Below, one piece after another: positions 36,355-47,203 of a DNA stretch of 64,000 nt; position 1 is the stretch's first letter; each line of letters opens with the position of its first letter. The notes beneath the pieces are model-generated. The model saw nothing but the letters and a program-made list of their open reading frames with translations, made no database searches and was not told the DNA's origin. The position numbers and the translations under genes were made by a program. Where the stretch lies: positions 6,542,817-6,606,816 of the forward strand of contig NW_003314261.1 in assembly GCF_000143415.4 (NCBI RefSeq), written 5' to 3'. This DNA comes from Selaginella moellendorffii (Eukaryota > Plantae > Lycopodiophyta).

Positions 36355-37151
36355 CTAGCTAGAAGAGAGCAAATACTGCTCGAGGGCTTTAAAGGCATCT
36401 AGCGCCGATTGTTGCGAGCGACTCGCAGCATTGTCAGTGGAGTCACGATCATCCCTGCTGCTGCTACTGCTGCTGGTGCCAGTGGGGCGTAATTCGTAGT
36501 CCAGGCTCCAGCTCGCGACAGTGGTGGATGATCGATCGGCTGGACCCGGCCGAAACCTCACCGTGGCGACGTAATGCCTGTACTTGCTCGCCAAACTTCC
36601 ACCGACAAGCGTGTAAGTCGATGTCATGGAATTGTTATCCTCTGCCAGGATCTTTTGCAGCGAGAAAGATCCAGCCGGGAAATCTGTAAGAAAGACAGAG
36701 CGAGACTTTTAATATTTTTATCATCTTACTCGTTTCTACTCGTTTCAAGTTCGTGCGAGGGAGACCGTAGATTCATTCAAGCGTGGAATTCCCAAGAACT
36801 TGGGAGGAGTGAAAAGGTTCTTGGAAAGTTACGTGAGATCCGGCAATGCAGGGCAAGATCACGAATGCAAGCACAGGTAAATCATCGAAAGCACAATCTA
36901 TCCATCGCTGGGATCGGATCAAGCTTAACACATGGATCATCATTCTAGGGAGGAGCAAACTTAAACTTGCCTGGACCGTAAGTGACTCGTCGCAAACTTC
37001 CAGCCCCTCTTCGTCCACCATCGTACTCGTAACTTTGGATGACATTGGGCATCATTCTTGGAAGCCAGGAGCTGGAATCTTTGAATGCTTCCCAAGCCCG
37101 GTCGCAATTGACGTTGAGGATAATCTCCACCTTCACATTTGCCACCACCAT
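36355..37151 (-). CDS. Bet v1/PR-10/MLP-like protein, 2 exons
   Basis: Exon 1 AWEAFKDSSSWLPRMMP...GGRRGAGSLRRVTYG (Gly-rich loop); exon 2 MTSTYTLVGGSL...SWSLDYE...FKALEQYL. Confidence 0.8.
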
Positions 37152-37472
37152 GATTGATGATGGATCGATCGATCGATCAAAGGAAACCAAAGAGGAGAGG
37201 AGATCTATATGAACAGGAGAACAACGAGACGTGATTGATGGGAGGAGATGTTTCTTTGGTTACAATGCTAGGAAAAGACCACAGAAGAGAAATGCATATT
37301 TATATGTCGCAGCACAAGCGTGTCGGAGTTTGCGTGTCGTTTTGCATTGATCCAAAAAGATTTTCTCCCCAGAATGTACAAAATCACTCCACTAGGCAAA
37401 TGCAGCGTGAGGAGGACATATCAATTGGCCAAATTACGCAAAAGCCCACGAGTTGAGCCAATTTCAACTCAA

Positions 37473-37536
37473 AGTCAATGGAAGTCAATGAAAGTCCAAC
37501 ACAGTCTTTGAAGACTTTTATTGACTGTTATTGACT
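37473..37536. promoter_or_regulatory. Phased W-box (TTGACY) array in the divergent Bet v1/DRT102 intergenic region
   Basis: AGTCAA at 37473 and 37483, TTGACT at 37521 and 37531, with degenerate units between; 10-bp spacing. Confidence 0.5.
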
Positions 37537-37584
37537 GTTATTGCATTTTTCTTAAAGGCAAAATAGTAATCTGACCTAAAGGAA

Positions 37585-38499
37585 ATGGGCGGGGAGGAAG
37601 CGGCGATCGTGGCTGGCGCCGACCCCTTTGGGGCAGCGCTCAAGGATCACGTGGTGGAGTATCTGCGCGGCAAGGGCATCGCGGTGGAAGATCGCGGCGT
37701 GGGCGACAAGTACTACCAGGTGGGCGAAGAAATTGGGCAGCGAGTGGCCGAGAACAAGGCGGCGGCGCTCAAGGGCTTGATCGTGTGTGGCACCGGCATC
37801 GGCGTGAGCGTCTTCGCCAACAAGTCCCGCGGGATCTACGCCACGCCCTGCTCGTCCGTGGCTGACGCCCAGAACGCCCGATCGATCAACAACTCGAACG
37901 TAATCACGCTAGGCGCCGTCGCCACTCCCCCGGCGGAGGCCGAGAAGATCGTCGACGCGTGGCTGGCGACGCCATTCAAGTCCCCCTGCCCCGCCAACCA
38001 GGGGAATCCATGGCCGGAGGAGATCCACGCCTTCCTGGACAAGTCCCTGCCCGAGATGGAAGCAATCGGCGGCGCCGCCAGTGCGAAGATTCCTAATTCC
38101 AGCGGCGCCGCCGGTTCCGATTGCGCCATCTGCGAGCTCGCCAGCGCCAGGAGCTTCGATCCGGTGGACATCATGCCCGGGGGCTCGTGGAAGATCCTGC
38201 GCCAGGAGCCGACGAGCGCGGTGGTGCGATTCAAGGCCGGGAGCCTGGAGCCGGCGCACCACCACACTTTTGGGCACGACGTGATCGTCCTCGAGGGGCG
38301 TAAGCGCGTGTGGAACGTGACCAAGGGCGAGGTATTCGATCTGGGGACTGGGGATTTCCTCTACACGCCCGCGGGGGACGTCCACCGCGTCCAGTACGTG
38401 ACAGACACCGAGTTCTTCATCCGCTGGGACGGTCTGTGGGACATCCTCCTGGATGAGGACCTCGCCGCCGCTAGCGCCGCCGTGAAGAAGGACAACTGA
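37585..38499 (+). CDS. DRT102: DRT102-like protein (RpiB/LacAB domain fused to cupin)
   Basis: GADPFG, CGTGIGVSVFANK, ARSINNSN, then cupin EPAHHHTFGHD...HRVQY; intronless. Confidence 0.9.
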   Translation: MGGEEAAIVAGADPFGAALKDHVVEYLRGKGIAVEDRGVGDKYYQVGEEIGQRVAENKAAALKGLIVCGTGIGVSVFANKSRGIYATPCSSVADAQNARSINNSNVITLGAVATPPAEAEKIVDAWLATPFKSPCPANQGNPWPEEIHAFLDKSLPEMEAIGGAASAKIPNSSGAAGSDCAICELASARSFDPVDIMPGGSWKILRQEPTSAVVRFKAGSLEPAHHHTFGHDVIVLEGRKRVWNVTKGEVFDLGTGDFLYTPAGDVHRVQYVTDTEFFIRWDGLWDILLDEDLAAASAAVKKDN

Positions 38500-38701
38500 T
38501 CGCACTGAAGATCCAGCATTGTGTTGCGCGATATCACTTGGGTGAGAGTGTGAGAAGTTCGATTGGATTTGCTAGAGAAGAAGTTGTTAGCGCCGCCGTG
38601 AAGAAGGACAACTGATCGCACTGAAGATCCAGCATTGTGTTGCGCAATATCACTTGGGCGAGAGTGAGAAGCTCGATTGGATTTGCTAGAGAAGAAGTTG
38701 T
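38472..38701 (+). repeat. Tandem duplication (~115 bp x2) of the DRT102 stop codon and 3' UTR
   Basis: TAGCGCCGCCGTGAAGAAGGACAACTGA... at 38472-38587, repeated at 38588-38701 with few differences. Confidence 0.9.
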
Positions 38702-38783
38702 ATATCTACTGTGTTCGATTTTATTTTGGTCAAACAAGTCAACTCTCAAATACTCGGTGTGATTGCATCATTCTTGCAACCTT

Positions 38784-39577
38784 TTAGAAAGTGAGGATGT
38801 CACATTGGACTAGGTAGTGGCAAAGGCTTGATTCCCCCGGTTCTGTGTTGAGACACAAGAGTGCAGGCGTGCGAGGATCGAATGTGGTTGTGTTGAGATG
38901 GCATATGACACCCACGGATTTGTTTATCACCAAAGCAACGGTTTGAGGGATGAAGTGGCATGCATAGACAGCCCATGGGTGTGGAACCAGATGACACACG
39001 GTTCGAACTTCTGGAAGGTGCTCAATGCTATGGATGGAGATGTTACTAGCCTTCTCACCAAAACGATTTATGTGGAGAACTTGTGTGACGCGACGAGAGT
39101 GGAGGAAATCCAAAAGGAGTTCAGGCGAGTGGAAGCAATGGCAAGTGGAACAGTATGTGGCATACATGTTTTGCATCTTTGTCTTCGTGGAGGGTGAAAG
39201 GGAGAGAGAGTCAAGGGTAGGGAGCGCACTGCCTTCTGGAAGAAATTGGCGGGGATGAGCGCTAAGAGCTGGGACCAAGAGATGCTTTCCAATATGGAGC
39301 TGTGCAGTTGTAAAGAACGAGCCGTTTTCAACCTTCCATTCGTTGGTTGTGTTCAAGTAGATCTGCAGGATGTAAAACCTTTGAAACGCAGAGCTTATAG
39401 CAAAGACCTTACCTTATACTCGAACCCGAGTGGCTCAATTGCCGTTGGCATTCTTGCAAACGAGCTCATGTTGTGAGCCTTGGTGGGGAGTATCAAGCTT
39501 GGATTTACCAGACTCCATCCGTAAGAACGAGCGACGATGATACACAAAATGAACAACCACAAGAATGCCGAATTCAT
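38784..39577 (-). CDS. Short secreted BURP-domain protein, 2 exons (intron 39363-39412)
   Basis: Signal-peptide-like N-terminus; FF at domain start; CH-X10-CH-X17-CH-X25-CH pattern (VCHLVPHPWAVYACH...ICH...LCHYL). Confidence 0.85.
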
Positions 39578-39867
39578 CTAGAAAAAAAACATCAGAAAAC
39601 AGATCCTGAAGTAAAAAGAAAGAAACGATCGTTACCTGATTGGCCAATGTGCTCCACCGTTTGCTTCGTTTCCGTTCTACTCTATAAGCTCTAGCGGGCT
39701 GTTCCTTAAAATACCTGGTGATGGTCAACATTCCGTGCAAACATGTAGATTTTCATTTCGTGTAGGGCCATTTGTGCTTGCACGGAATGTGCATACATTC
39801 TTTGTGTGCTAACCTAAGAATATCTCAACGCAATTCTTAAATAGTTTAGAGTACGAAAAGTTCATTG

Positions 39868-41467
39868 ATGGAGCAGCTCAGGCAGCAGCTCGGGGAGATC
39901 GAAGCCATTGGAAGCGTCATGGCGCTGCTACAATGGGATCAACAGGTAACACTCCCAGCAGGAGCGCATCAGGCTCGCCAGCGCCAGGTCGAAACGCTGG
40001 CCTCGCTCCTCTACAAGATGCAAAGCTCCGAGGAGCTTGGCAGGTGCCTGGAACGCGCCCGGGAGATCGATCCCTCCACTCTCTCCGGCATGGAACGTGC
40101 CACGATCCGCGAGGCGTACCGGGAATACAGCCGAGTGATCAAGACGCGGGAGAGCTTGTACAGGAGGATCTCGGGCCTGGAAGTCACGGCGCAGGCTACT
40201 TGGGAGCAAGCACGCCGCGAGAACCGGTTCGATCTCATGGCCCCGGTTATCAGCGAGTGGATCTCGATCCGCAAGGAGGAGGCGGCGGTGGTGTCGCCGG
40301 GTATGGATCCATATGACTACGTGCTGGACGAACACGAACGTGGGTCCTCGGTGCAAAAGATGGATCGCATGTTTGAGCGGATCAAGCAGCCCCTCATCGA
40401 GCTCCTGGCCAAGATCAAACAGCCCGATAATGACACGCCAGGCGTGGCATTTCCAATGGAGCCGCAGAGAGAGCTTGCGAGGAAGATCATCCAGGACATG
40501 GGCTTCAATGGTCGGCTGGATGATTCCGTCCATCCAATGACAGTTCCAGTCTCGCCACCCTCGGACGTCCGGATCACGTCCAAGTTCATCGAGAACAATC
40601 CCAGGTCTGTGGATGATTTCTTCAAAGTTCTTCGAACATCTAATATCGTCTTTGAATCAGCGCAGGTTTGGCATCTTGGCGGCGATCCACGAGACCGGAC
40701 ATGCGCTATACGAGCAAGGGCGAGTCGAGGAGCCGGGCTTGATCGCGTTGCGACCGCTTAGCACGGGAATGCACGAGAGCCAGTCGCTCTTCTGGGAGCG
40801 TATGGTGGGCTTGAGCCGCGAGTTCTGGGATCACTACTGGCCGGGGTCTGGCCTTGCGAAGCACGGCGTAAAAACGGGCGATGGCTTCTACCGCTACCTG
40901 ACCAGGGTGATGCCCTCGCCTGTGAGAGTGGAGGCCGACGAGATCACGTACCCCTTGCACATTCTCATCCGCTACGAGATCGAGAAGGGATTGTTTGATG
41001 GGAGCTTGAGCGTAACTGAGATTCCCAGCGTTTGGAACGCCAAGATGGAGGAGTACCTCGGTGTGACTGTTTCAAACGATGCTCAAGGTTGCTTACAGGC
41101 AAGTCTAGTCGATCGAATCGCTTCTATCTGGAGCTTGGAATCACGATACTTGGATTTGCAGGACATCCACTGGAGCTTGGGGATCTTTGGATACTTCCCA
41201 ACCTATGTTCTTGGAGCGATCTATGCCTGTCAGCTGTTCGATGCGGCGGATAGAGATCTCGGTGGCCTTGTCCGCCAAAACATTGCGCAGGGAATGTTTG
41301 CGCCACTGCGCGAGTGGCTGCGTGACAAAGTTCACAGCATTGGGCGCTTGTATGAGACTCCCGAGGAGCTCCTCCAAGTCGTGACTGGTAAAGGCATGGA
41401 TCCCGATGGATTTGTCCGCCATCTCACTCTAAAGTATAGTGAGATCAATCTCACTACAAGAGATTAA
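39868..41467 (+). CDS. M32 family metallocarboxypeptidase (carboxypeptidase Taq-like), 3 exons
   Basis: LQWDQQV, HP, DVRIT, HETGHALYEQG (HEXXH), MHESQS, VRVEADE, GCLQ-DIHW, GYFPTY; introns ~40605-40665 (GT-AG) and 41099-41161 (GC-AG). Confidence 0.92.
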
Positions 41468-41482
41468 CAGCGAGGCTCAAAA

Positions 41483-41537
41483 AGTCAAAACAGTCAATGT
41501 ATCGACTGTATTGACATTACTTGACTACTCATTGACT
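41483..41537. promoter_or_regulatory. Second phased W-box-like array, just 3' of the M32 gene
   Basis: AGTCAA 41483 and 41492, TCGACT 41502, TTGACA 41511, TTGACT 41521 and 41532. Confidence 0.4.
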
Positions 41538-41539
41538 TG

Positions 41540-43150
41540 AATCAACTGGATTTCCTGGAGAAGATCGTCTATGAGCTGGAGATCCGCGATCGCATGTTTG
41601 GCTGGAGAAGATCGCGGATTTTTTATGCTATGCCGGAGTGGGATGTGGTGTGCTGGAACTCGATTCTGGATGCCTACGTTAGAGCTGGCCGGCTTGGATC
41701 TGCGAAATAGATATTTTTTCAGATGCCCGAGAGGAATCTTGTGTCTTGGACTGCTATGGTTGCAGCAAATGCCAGAAATGAAGATTTGCTTTTGCTGGGA
41801 AGAATGCCATTCTGGAGTTTGATGGTCCTCTTTTAGGCAATATGTGACGGTTTGTATAGATGAATGCAAATGATTTTTTGATTCAATGCCCAGAAAAGAT
41901 CTGGTCTCGTGGAACGCAATGCTTAATGCCCAACACGGGCATTTGTAAGACTGTCTTGAAAGCTTTGATCAGATTCCAGCGAGGAATCTTATATCCTGGA
42001 AAACTCTTCTGTTCACAGCGGCCCTTGAGATGGAGAGAAAATTCTTCCGTGATATGCCAGAGAGGGCTTTGGTTTCGTGGAATTCGCTGCTATCGCCGTG
42101 TTCTCAGGATGACGATCTGGAATCCAGATCGTATTCGATGTAATGCAGGCGAGAAACTCGGTTTCTTGGAATTCACTGCTTATACTCGCAGATGAAGCAA
42201 AGAACCTCATCGATGAACGGGATTGTGTGTCCTGGAATCTAGTGCTCTCAGTGTTTTCCCTGGCTGGAATTGAGTCCATCCAGCTACTCTTGGACGCATG
42301 GAAGAAAAGAATCTCGCCTCGCTAGCCACGATGATCCATGGGAATGTGATCCAAGCCGAGAATCTCTATGCTCGAATTCCACAGGTAAATCTCGTCCTTG
42401 TGACTGCAACGCGTTTGTTTGCTTATGTCCCAAGCGCTATAGATGGAAAAAGCGTTTAATACATGGCTACAAGGCGACAACCTTTATGCGGTATCTGCAA
42501 ATGGTGAATACTATGCGGGATAAAGGTGTTGAGCTCTATTGGCCTCTTGGACAGAAGCACAAGAAGATCTTTGCAGCATATCAGGCTAAAGGGCATTGTT
42601 TGTATTCAGTAGTTGGGTAGTGGTCTCTCCAATCCCTTGGGAGGGATGGCTTTGGTATTTGAGGTGAAGGTTGGTATACACCACACACAAATGTCTAGCT
42701 TTTACATATTTGGCAGCAATTACACTGAAGTGGCCACAATATCACAAGCTCTCAGATGCAACTCCTTCAAATTCTCTCCTCAAAACTACAAACTAGAATG
42801 TTTGTAACAGATCTGATGCCCCACGGGGTCCCATGATCTTCTATGCCACCTATTTGCAGGAGTGATGTGGCGCTGGCTGGACCAATCGCCGTGCAGGGAC
42901 ATGTGAGCTGGACGTCTTTGCTGGAGCACCTCCATGACGCGGAATGCCATGCTGTCTGGCATGCCACATCAGAGCCAGGTGGCGTGGCGCACAACTGGCC
43001 CGTGGATGCAGCGCTTGAGCTTGAGTAGCTCGTTTGCTACGCCCACACCCGCAACCTCGCGGAATTCCTAGTGGAGTGATCACTGCTCTCCTTCGCGTGG
43101 ATCTCTCAGGGGAAAGAAGAGTTTCTTTCATAACACTCGATTGATCGACC
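41540..43150 (+). pseudogene. Deleted/frameshifted copy of the PPR gene at 44522-46729, with an unrelated insertion at ~42420-42850
   Basis: Collinear matching blocks, e.g. CAGATGCCCGAGAG.AATCTTGTGTCTTGGACTGCTATGGTTGCAGCAAATGCCAG; no long ORF. Confidence 0.85.
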
Positions 43151-43195
43151 GTGGATCAAACAAAACCCCAGACAGACATCTAGATCTGTGCGAAT

Positions 43196-43709
43196 CTAGT
43201 TCGTGGACTGGAGGTAGGCCTCGACCGCCTTGAAGGATTTGACAAAGGCCTCGACGATCCCGTCAATGTTGGGGTTCTCGATCAAAGGCTCGTAAGTGAG
43301 CACCCACACCATAACGCTCCCCTGGCCATTGGGCTTGACGGTGATGGTGGCGGAGTGAGATTTGAGCTGCGAGCCGAGGTATCCTCCCTCGATCAGAGAG
43401 GCGCCAATGGTCATGCTCGATTCATCCAAAATCGTTACCTTCTCCTTGATGTAGGGGAATCCAACGATCTCTGCCAAGCGAAGATGATGGAAACGATCAA
43501 GCTTGAGAGAAGAGGCGTGTGATGATCTTACCAGCGTTGAAGTTCACAGTTCTAATGCTTCCAATCGCACCGTCGCTGCCCTCGACCTCCACGCTGGTCA
43601 CCACGGGCTTGACGGCCTTGGCGAGCAATTGAGCGTCCATAATCGCTGCCCACAACTTTGGAGCAGGGATCGCGAGGGGCAGCTCCTTGGTGACTGTGGA
43701 AGGGGCCAT
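43196..43709 (-). CDS. Bet v1/PR-10-like protein, tandem copy A (2 exons)
   Basis: MAPSTVTKELPLAIPAPKLWAAIMD...EGSDGAIGSIRTVNF / YIKEKV...IEGGYL...FKAVEAYL. Confidence 0.9.
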
Positions 43710-44521
43710 GTTGACTACTGCACAAGAGGGATTCAAAACCATTCAATTGGATCGAAGCAACCAAATCGAAAGCTCTGGCTTACCTTGACGAAGGGAAGTG
43801 TTTGCTCAGCTTGCTCTAGGCTTCAGCTCCAAGATGGAGCTATTATTGCGGCAAGGAAATTTCTCGGTTAGTGGATTTGGTTGTTGGAGGTCTCGTCAAA
43901 GCCGTGTGTTCCAGCTAAACCAAGTCAAGTTCAACTGTATCTCGATTTGCGTGTTGGCTGCTCGTTTCACGGCTCCAATGATCAAGTGGAACCCCATGCG
44001 CTCCTCCACTTAAACGCTCTGGATGAATAAACTACGAGGGCGCGAGCGAGAAGATCTCTCTCTCCGGAATCCTTGAGAGCTCGAGGCGATGGGCGAATCG
44101 AGCGTCGACTTACGTCGCTGTTCTAGCGGCCTGCACAAACATCCGGGAGGAACGTGAGCGTGGAGATGGAGGGAGCGAGAAGACCCCCACAACAAACTTG
44201 CAAACTTGTTTGCACATTCTTGTTGGGCACCGCAAGACTGCCAAAACAGAATATAGATAGATAGATAGATAGATTGGGGTAAAGAGATCCACGTCCAGGC
44301 CATGGAGAAGAAGCTCAACGCGCTGGATCCAGTCGCAAAGCTTGCAAAATGCTGAACATCTTCAGATCGAAAAGCTTTTTTTGTTTTAGAGCTCTGATGG
44401 CTATCTCCGTTTGAAGAAAACAAGCACTTGTCCAGTATGCCAGGGACGTGGAAAATTATTCCTTGTGAACACCCATTGACTTTCAAGAACACTGCCGTAA
44501 GAATAGCTATAGATCTCACTT

Positions 44522-46729
44522 TTGCCGAGTCAGCTGGATTGCCTGGAAGAGATTGTTTCATGTAGGAGCCTCTCCAGGGCGCGGGAGCTCCACCGCGCTT
44601 GGGCTTGTCATCCCAAGAGCCGTGGCGATTTCCTGGTGTGGAACAGGGTGATTGAGATGTATGGGCGGTGTGGGAGCGTGGCGCTGGCCAGGGAGGTGTT
44701 TGATTCCATCCCTCTCGATCGCAGGGACTGCTTCTCGTGGGGAATGCTTCTCTTGGCGTGCTCCAGGAATGGCCGTGTTGACGATGCCAGGCGGGTGTTT
44801 GATGCGATGCCGGAGCGGGATGTGGCGTGCTGGAATTCAATGCTGGATGCCTACTTTAGAACTGGCAAGTTTGGATCTGCAAAAGAGATTTTTTCCCAGA
44901 TGCCCGAGAGAAATCTTGTGTCTTGGACTGCTATGGTTGCAGCAAATGCCAGAAATGGAGATCTAGAATATGCTTTGAGCTTACTGGAAAGAATGCCATG
45001 CTGGAGTATGATGGTCTGGAACTCGCTCTTTTCAGCAATATGTGACATATTCTGTATAAGAGAATGCAAACTGTTCTTTGATTCAATGCCGAGAAAAGAT
45101 CTGATCTCGTGGAACGCAATGCTTCAGGCACATGCCCAACACGGGCATTTGCAAGACTGTCTTGAAAGCTTTGAAAAGATGCCAGTGAGAAATCTTATTT
45201 CCTGGAACACACTTTTGTTCGCAGCGGCGAGCCACGACAGCCTTGAGATGGCGAGAAAATTCTTTCGTGATATGCCAGAGAGGGATTTGGTTTCGTGGAA
45301 TTCGCTGCTATCGGCGTGCGACGATCTGGAATCCGCGAAAAGGGTATTTGATGCAATGCCAGCAAGGAACTCGGTTTCCTGGAATTCACTCCTGGGGATA
45401 TATACTCGCTGCGCCTCTGTAGATGAAGCAAAGGATCTCTTTGATCAAATGCCCGAACGGGATTGTGTGTCCTGGAATCTAATGCTCTCAGTGCTTTCCC
45501 TGGCAGGGAAACTTGACTCGATCCTGCTACTCTTCGATCGCATGGAAGAAAAGAATTTCGCCTCTCTGGCCACGATGATCGCTGCTCATTCCCAAGCTGG
45601 GAACGTGATCCAAGCCGAGAATCTCTTAGCTCAAACTCCAGAGATCAATCTCGTCCTTGCGACCGCAATGCTGAGCGCCTATGCCCAAAACGGGCATCTC
45701 AACGCTGCCAAGCGTTTGTTAGCCACGATCCCAGAGATGAGCGTCGTGACGCTTAACGCGATGCTGAGTGGACTGTGTGCCGGGGGTGATGTGGCGCTGG
45801 CTCAGCAGCTCCTGGACCAATCGCCGTGCAGGGATCTTGTGAGCTGGACGTCCTTGCTGGCGGGCTATGCCCAGCACGGTCATGTCGACGTGGCACGGAG
45901 CTTGTTCGACGCTATGCCATGTCACAGCTCTGTGACGTGGAATGCCATGCTGTCGGCATATGCCCAGAACGGGTTCGCCGACGAGGCGAGACTAGTCTTT
46001 GCTGGCATGCCACATCGGAGCCAGGTGGCGTGGCGGGCGATGGTGTGTGCCTACGCGCAGAACGGGCGGGTGGACGCGGCGGAGCGCCTGAGCTTGGCTA
46101 TGCCGGAGCAGCATTGTGCGTCTTCTTGCGCGGCGCTGCTCGTTTGCTACGCCCACACCCGTGATCTAGCAGAATTCCTCCACGAATTCGAGCGATTGGG
46201 AGCTCTGGGCATGGCGGACGGGATGTTCTTCACGGCCTTTCTCGTGGCTTGCAGCCGCTGGGGGCGGGTCTACGATGGGCGATGCTGCTTCGCAGCGATG
46301 AGCATGGATCATGGGATTACGCCCGGGAAGCAGCACTACAGCTGCGTGGTGGACCTCCTGGCGCGATCGGGTCACTTGGGCGATGCCGAGGAGCTCATGC
46401 GGTCCATGCCCTGGATCCCCGATGCGATCGATTGGGGATGCCTGGCTGGGGCGTGCCGGATCTACAGCGATCCGGGCAGGGGAGTGATTGCTGCTCAGCG
46501 CCTGATCTCCCACGATCCTGGATCCTTCGCGTGGATCTCTCTCGCCAACAGTTTCTCCTTGGCAAGATCTACACCTAGAGTGAAGCCCGAGAGGGCAAAG
46601 AAGAGTTTCTTTCATCACACTCACCGAGGAGAAACTTATTCCTTGGATCAAACAAAACCCGAGAAAGAAAGAAGTCTAGATCTGCACGAATCTAGTTCGT
46701 GGACTGGAGGTAGGCCTCGATCGCCTTGA
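44522..46729 (+). CDS. PLS/E-class PPR protein (start uncertain; first in-frame ATG ~44657)
   Basis: 735-codon ORF of PPR repeats, HYSCVVDLLARSG, WGCLAGACRIY; no DYW domain. Confidence 0.88.
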   Translation: MPSQLDCLEEIVSCRSLSRARELHRAWACHPKSRGDFLVWNRVIEMYGRCGSVALAREVFDSIPLDRRDCFSWGMLLLACSRNGRVDDARRVFDAMPERDVACWNSMLDAYFRTGKFGSAKEIFSQMPERNLVSWTAMVAANARNGDLEYALSLLERMPCWSMMVWNSLFSAICDIFCIRECKLFFDSMPRKDLISWNAMLQAHAQHGHLQDCLESFEKMPVRNLISWNTLLFAAASHDSLEMARKFFRDMPERDLVSWNSLLSACDDLESAKRVFDAMPARNSVSWNSLLGIYTRCASVDEAKDLFDQMPERDCVSWNLMLSVLSLAGKLDSILLLFDRMEEKNFASLATMIAAHSQAGNVIQAENLLAQTPEINLVLATAMLSAYAQNGHLNAAKRLLATIPEMSVVTLNAMLSGLCAGGDVALAQQLLDQSPCRDLVSWTSLLAGYAQHGHVDVARSLFDAMPCHSSVTWNAMLSAYAQNGFADEARLVFAGMPHRSQVAWRAMVCAYAQNGRVDAAERLSLAMPEQHCASSCAALLVCYAHTRDLAEFLHEFERLGALGMADGMFFTAFLVACSRWGRVYDGRCCFAAMSMDHGITPGKQHYSCVVDLLARSGHLGDAEELMRSMPWIPDAIDWGCLAGACRIYSDPGRGVIAAQRLISHDPGSFAWISLANSFSLARSTPRVKPERAKKSFFHHTHRGETYSLDQTKPEKERSLDLHESSSWTGGRPRSP

Positions 46730-47203
46730 AGGATTTGACAAAGCCCTCGACGATCTCGTCAATGTTGGGGTTCTCGACCAAAGGCTCGTATTGGAGCACC
46801 CACACGATAACGCTCCCCTGGCCATTGGGCTTGACGGTGATGGTGGCGGAATGAGATTTGAGCTGCGAGCCAAGGTATCCTCCCTCGATCATAGAGGTGC
46901 CAATGGTCATGCTCGATTCATCCAAAGACGTCAGCTTCTCCTTGACGTAAGGGAATCCAACGATCTCTGCCAAGCGAAAGCAAACATGACCGAGAGATGG
47001 GAATGATAGCAGTGATCTTTCTTACCAGCATTGAAGTTCACAGTTCTAATGCTTCCAATCACACCGTCGCCGCCCTCGACCTCCACGCCAGTCACCACGG
47101 GCTTGACGGCCTTGGCGAGCAAGTGAGCGTCCATGATCGCTGCCCACAACTTTGGAGCAGGGATCGCGCAGGGCAGCTCCTTGGTGACTGTGGAAGGGGC
47201 CAT
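46692..47203 (-). CDS. Bet v1/PR-10-like protein, tandem copy B (2 exons)
   Basis: Near-identical to copy A; EGGDGVIGS Gly-rich loop; same intron position. Confidence 0.9.
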
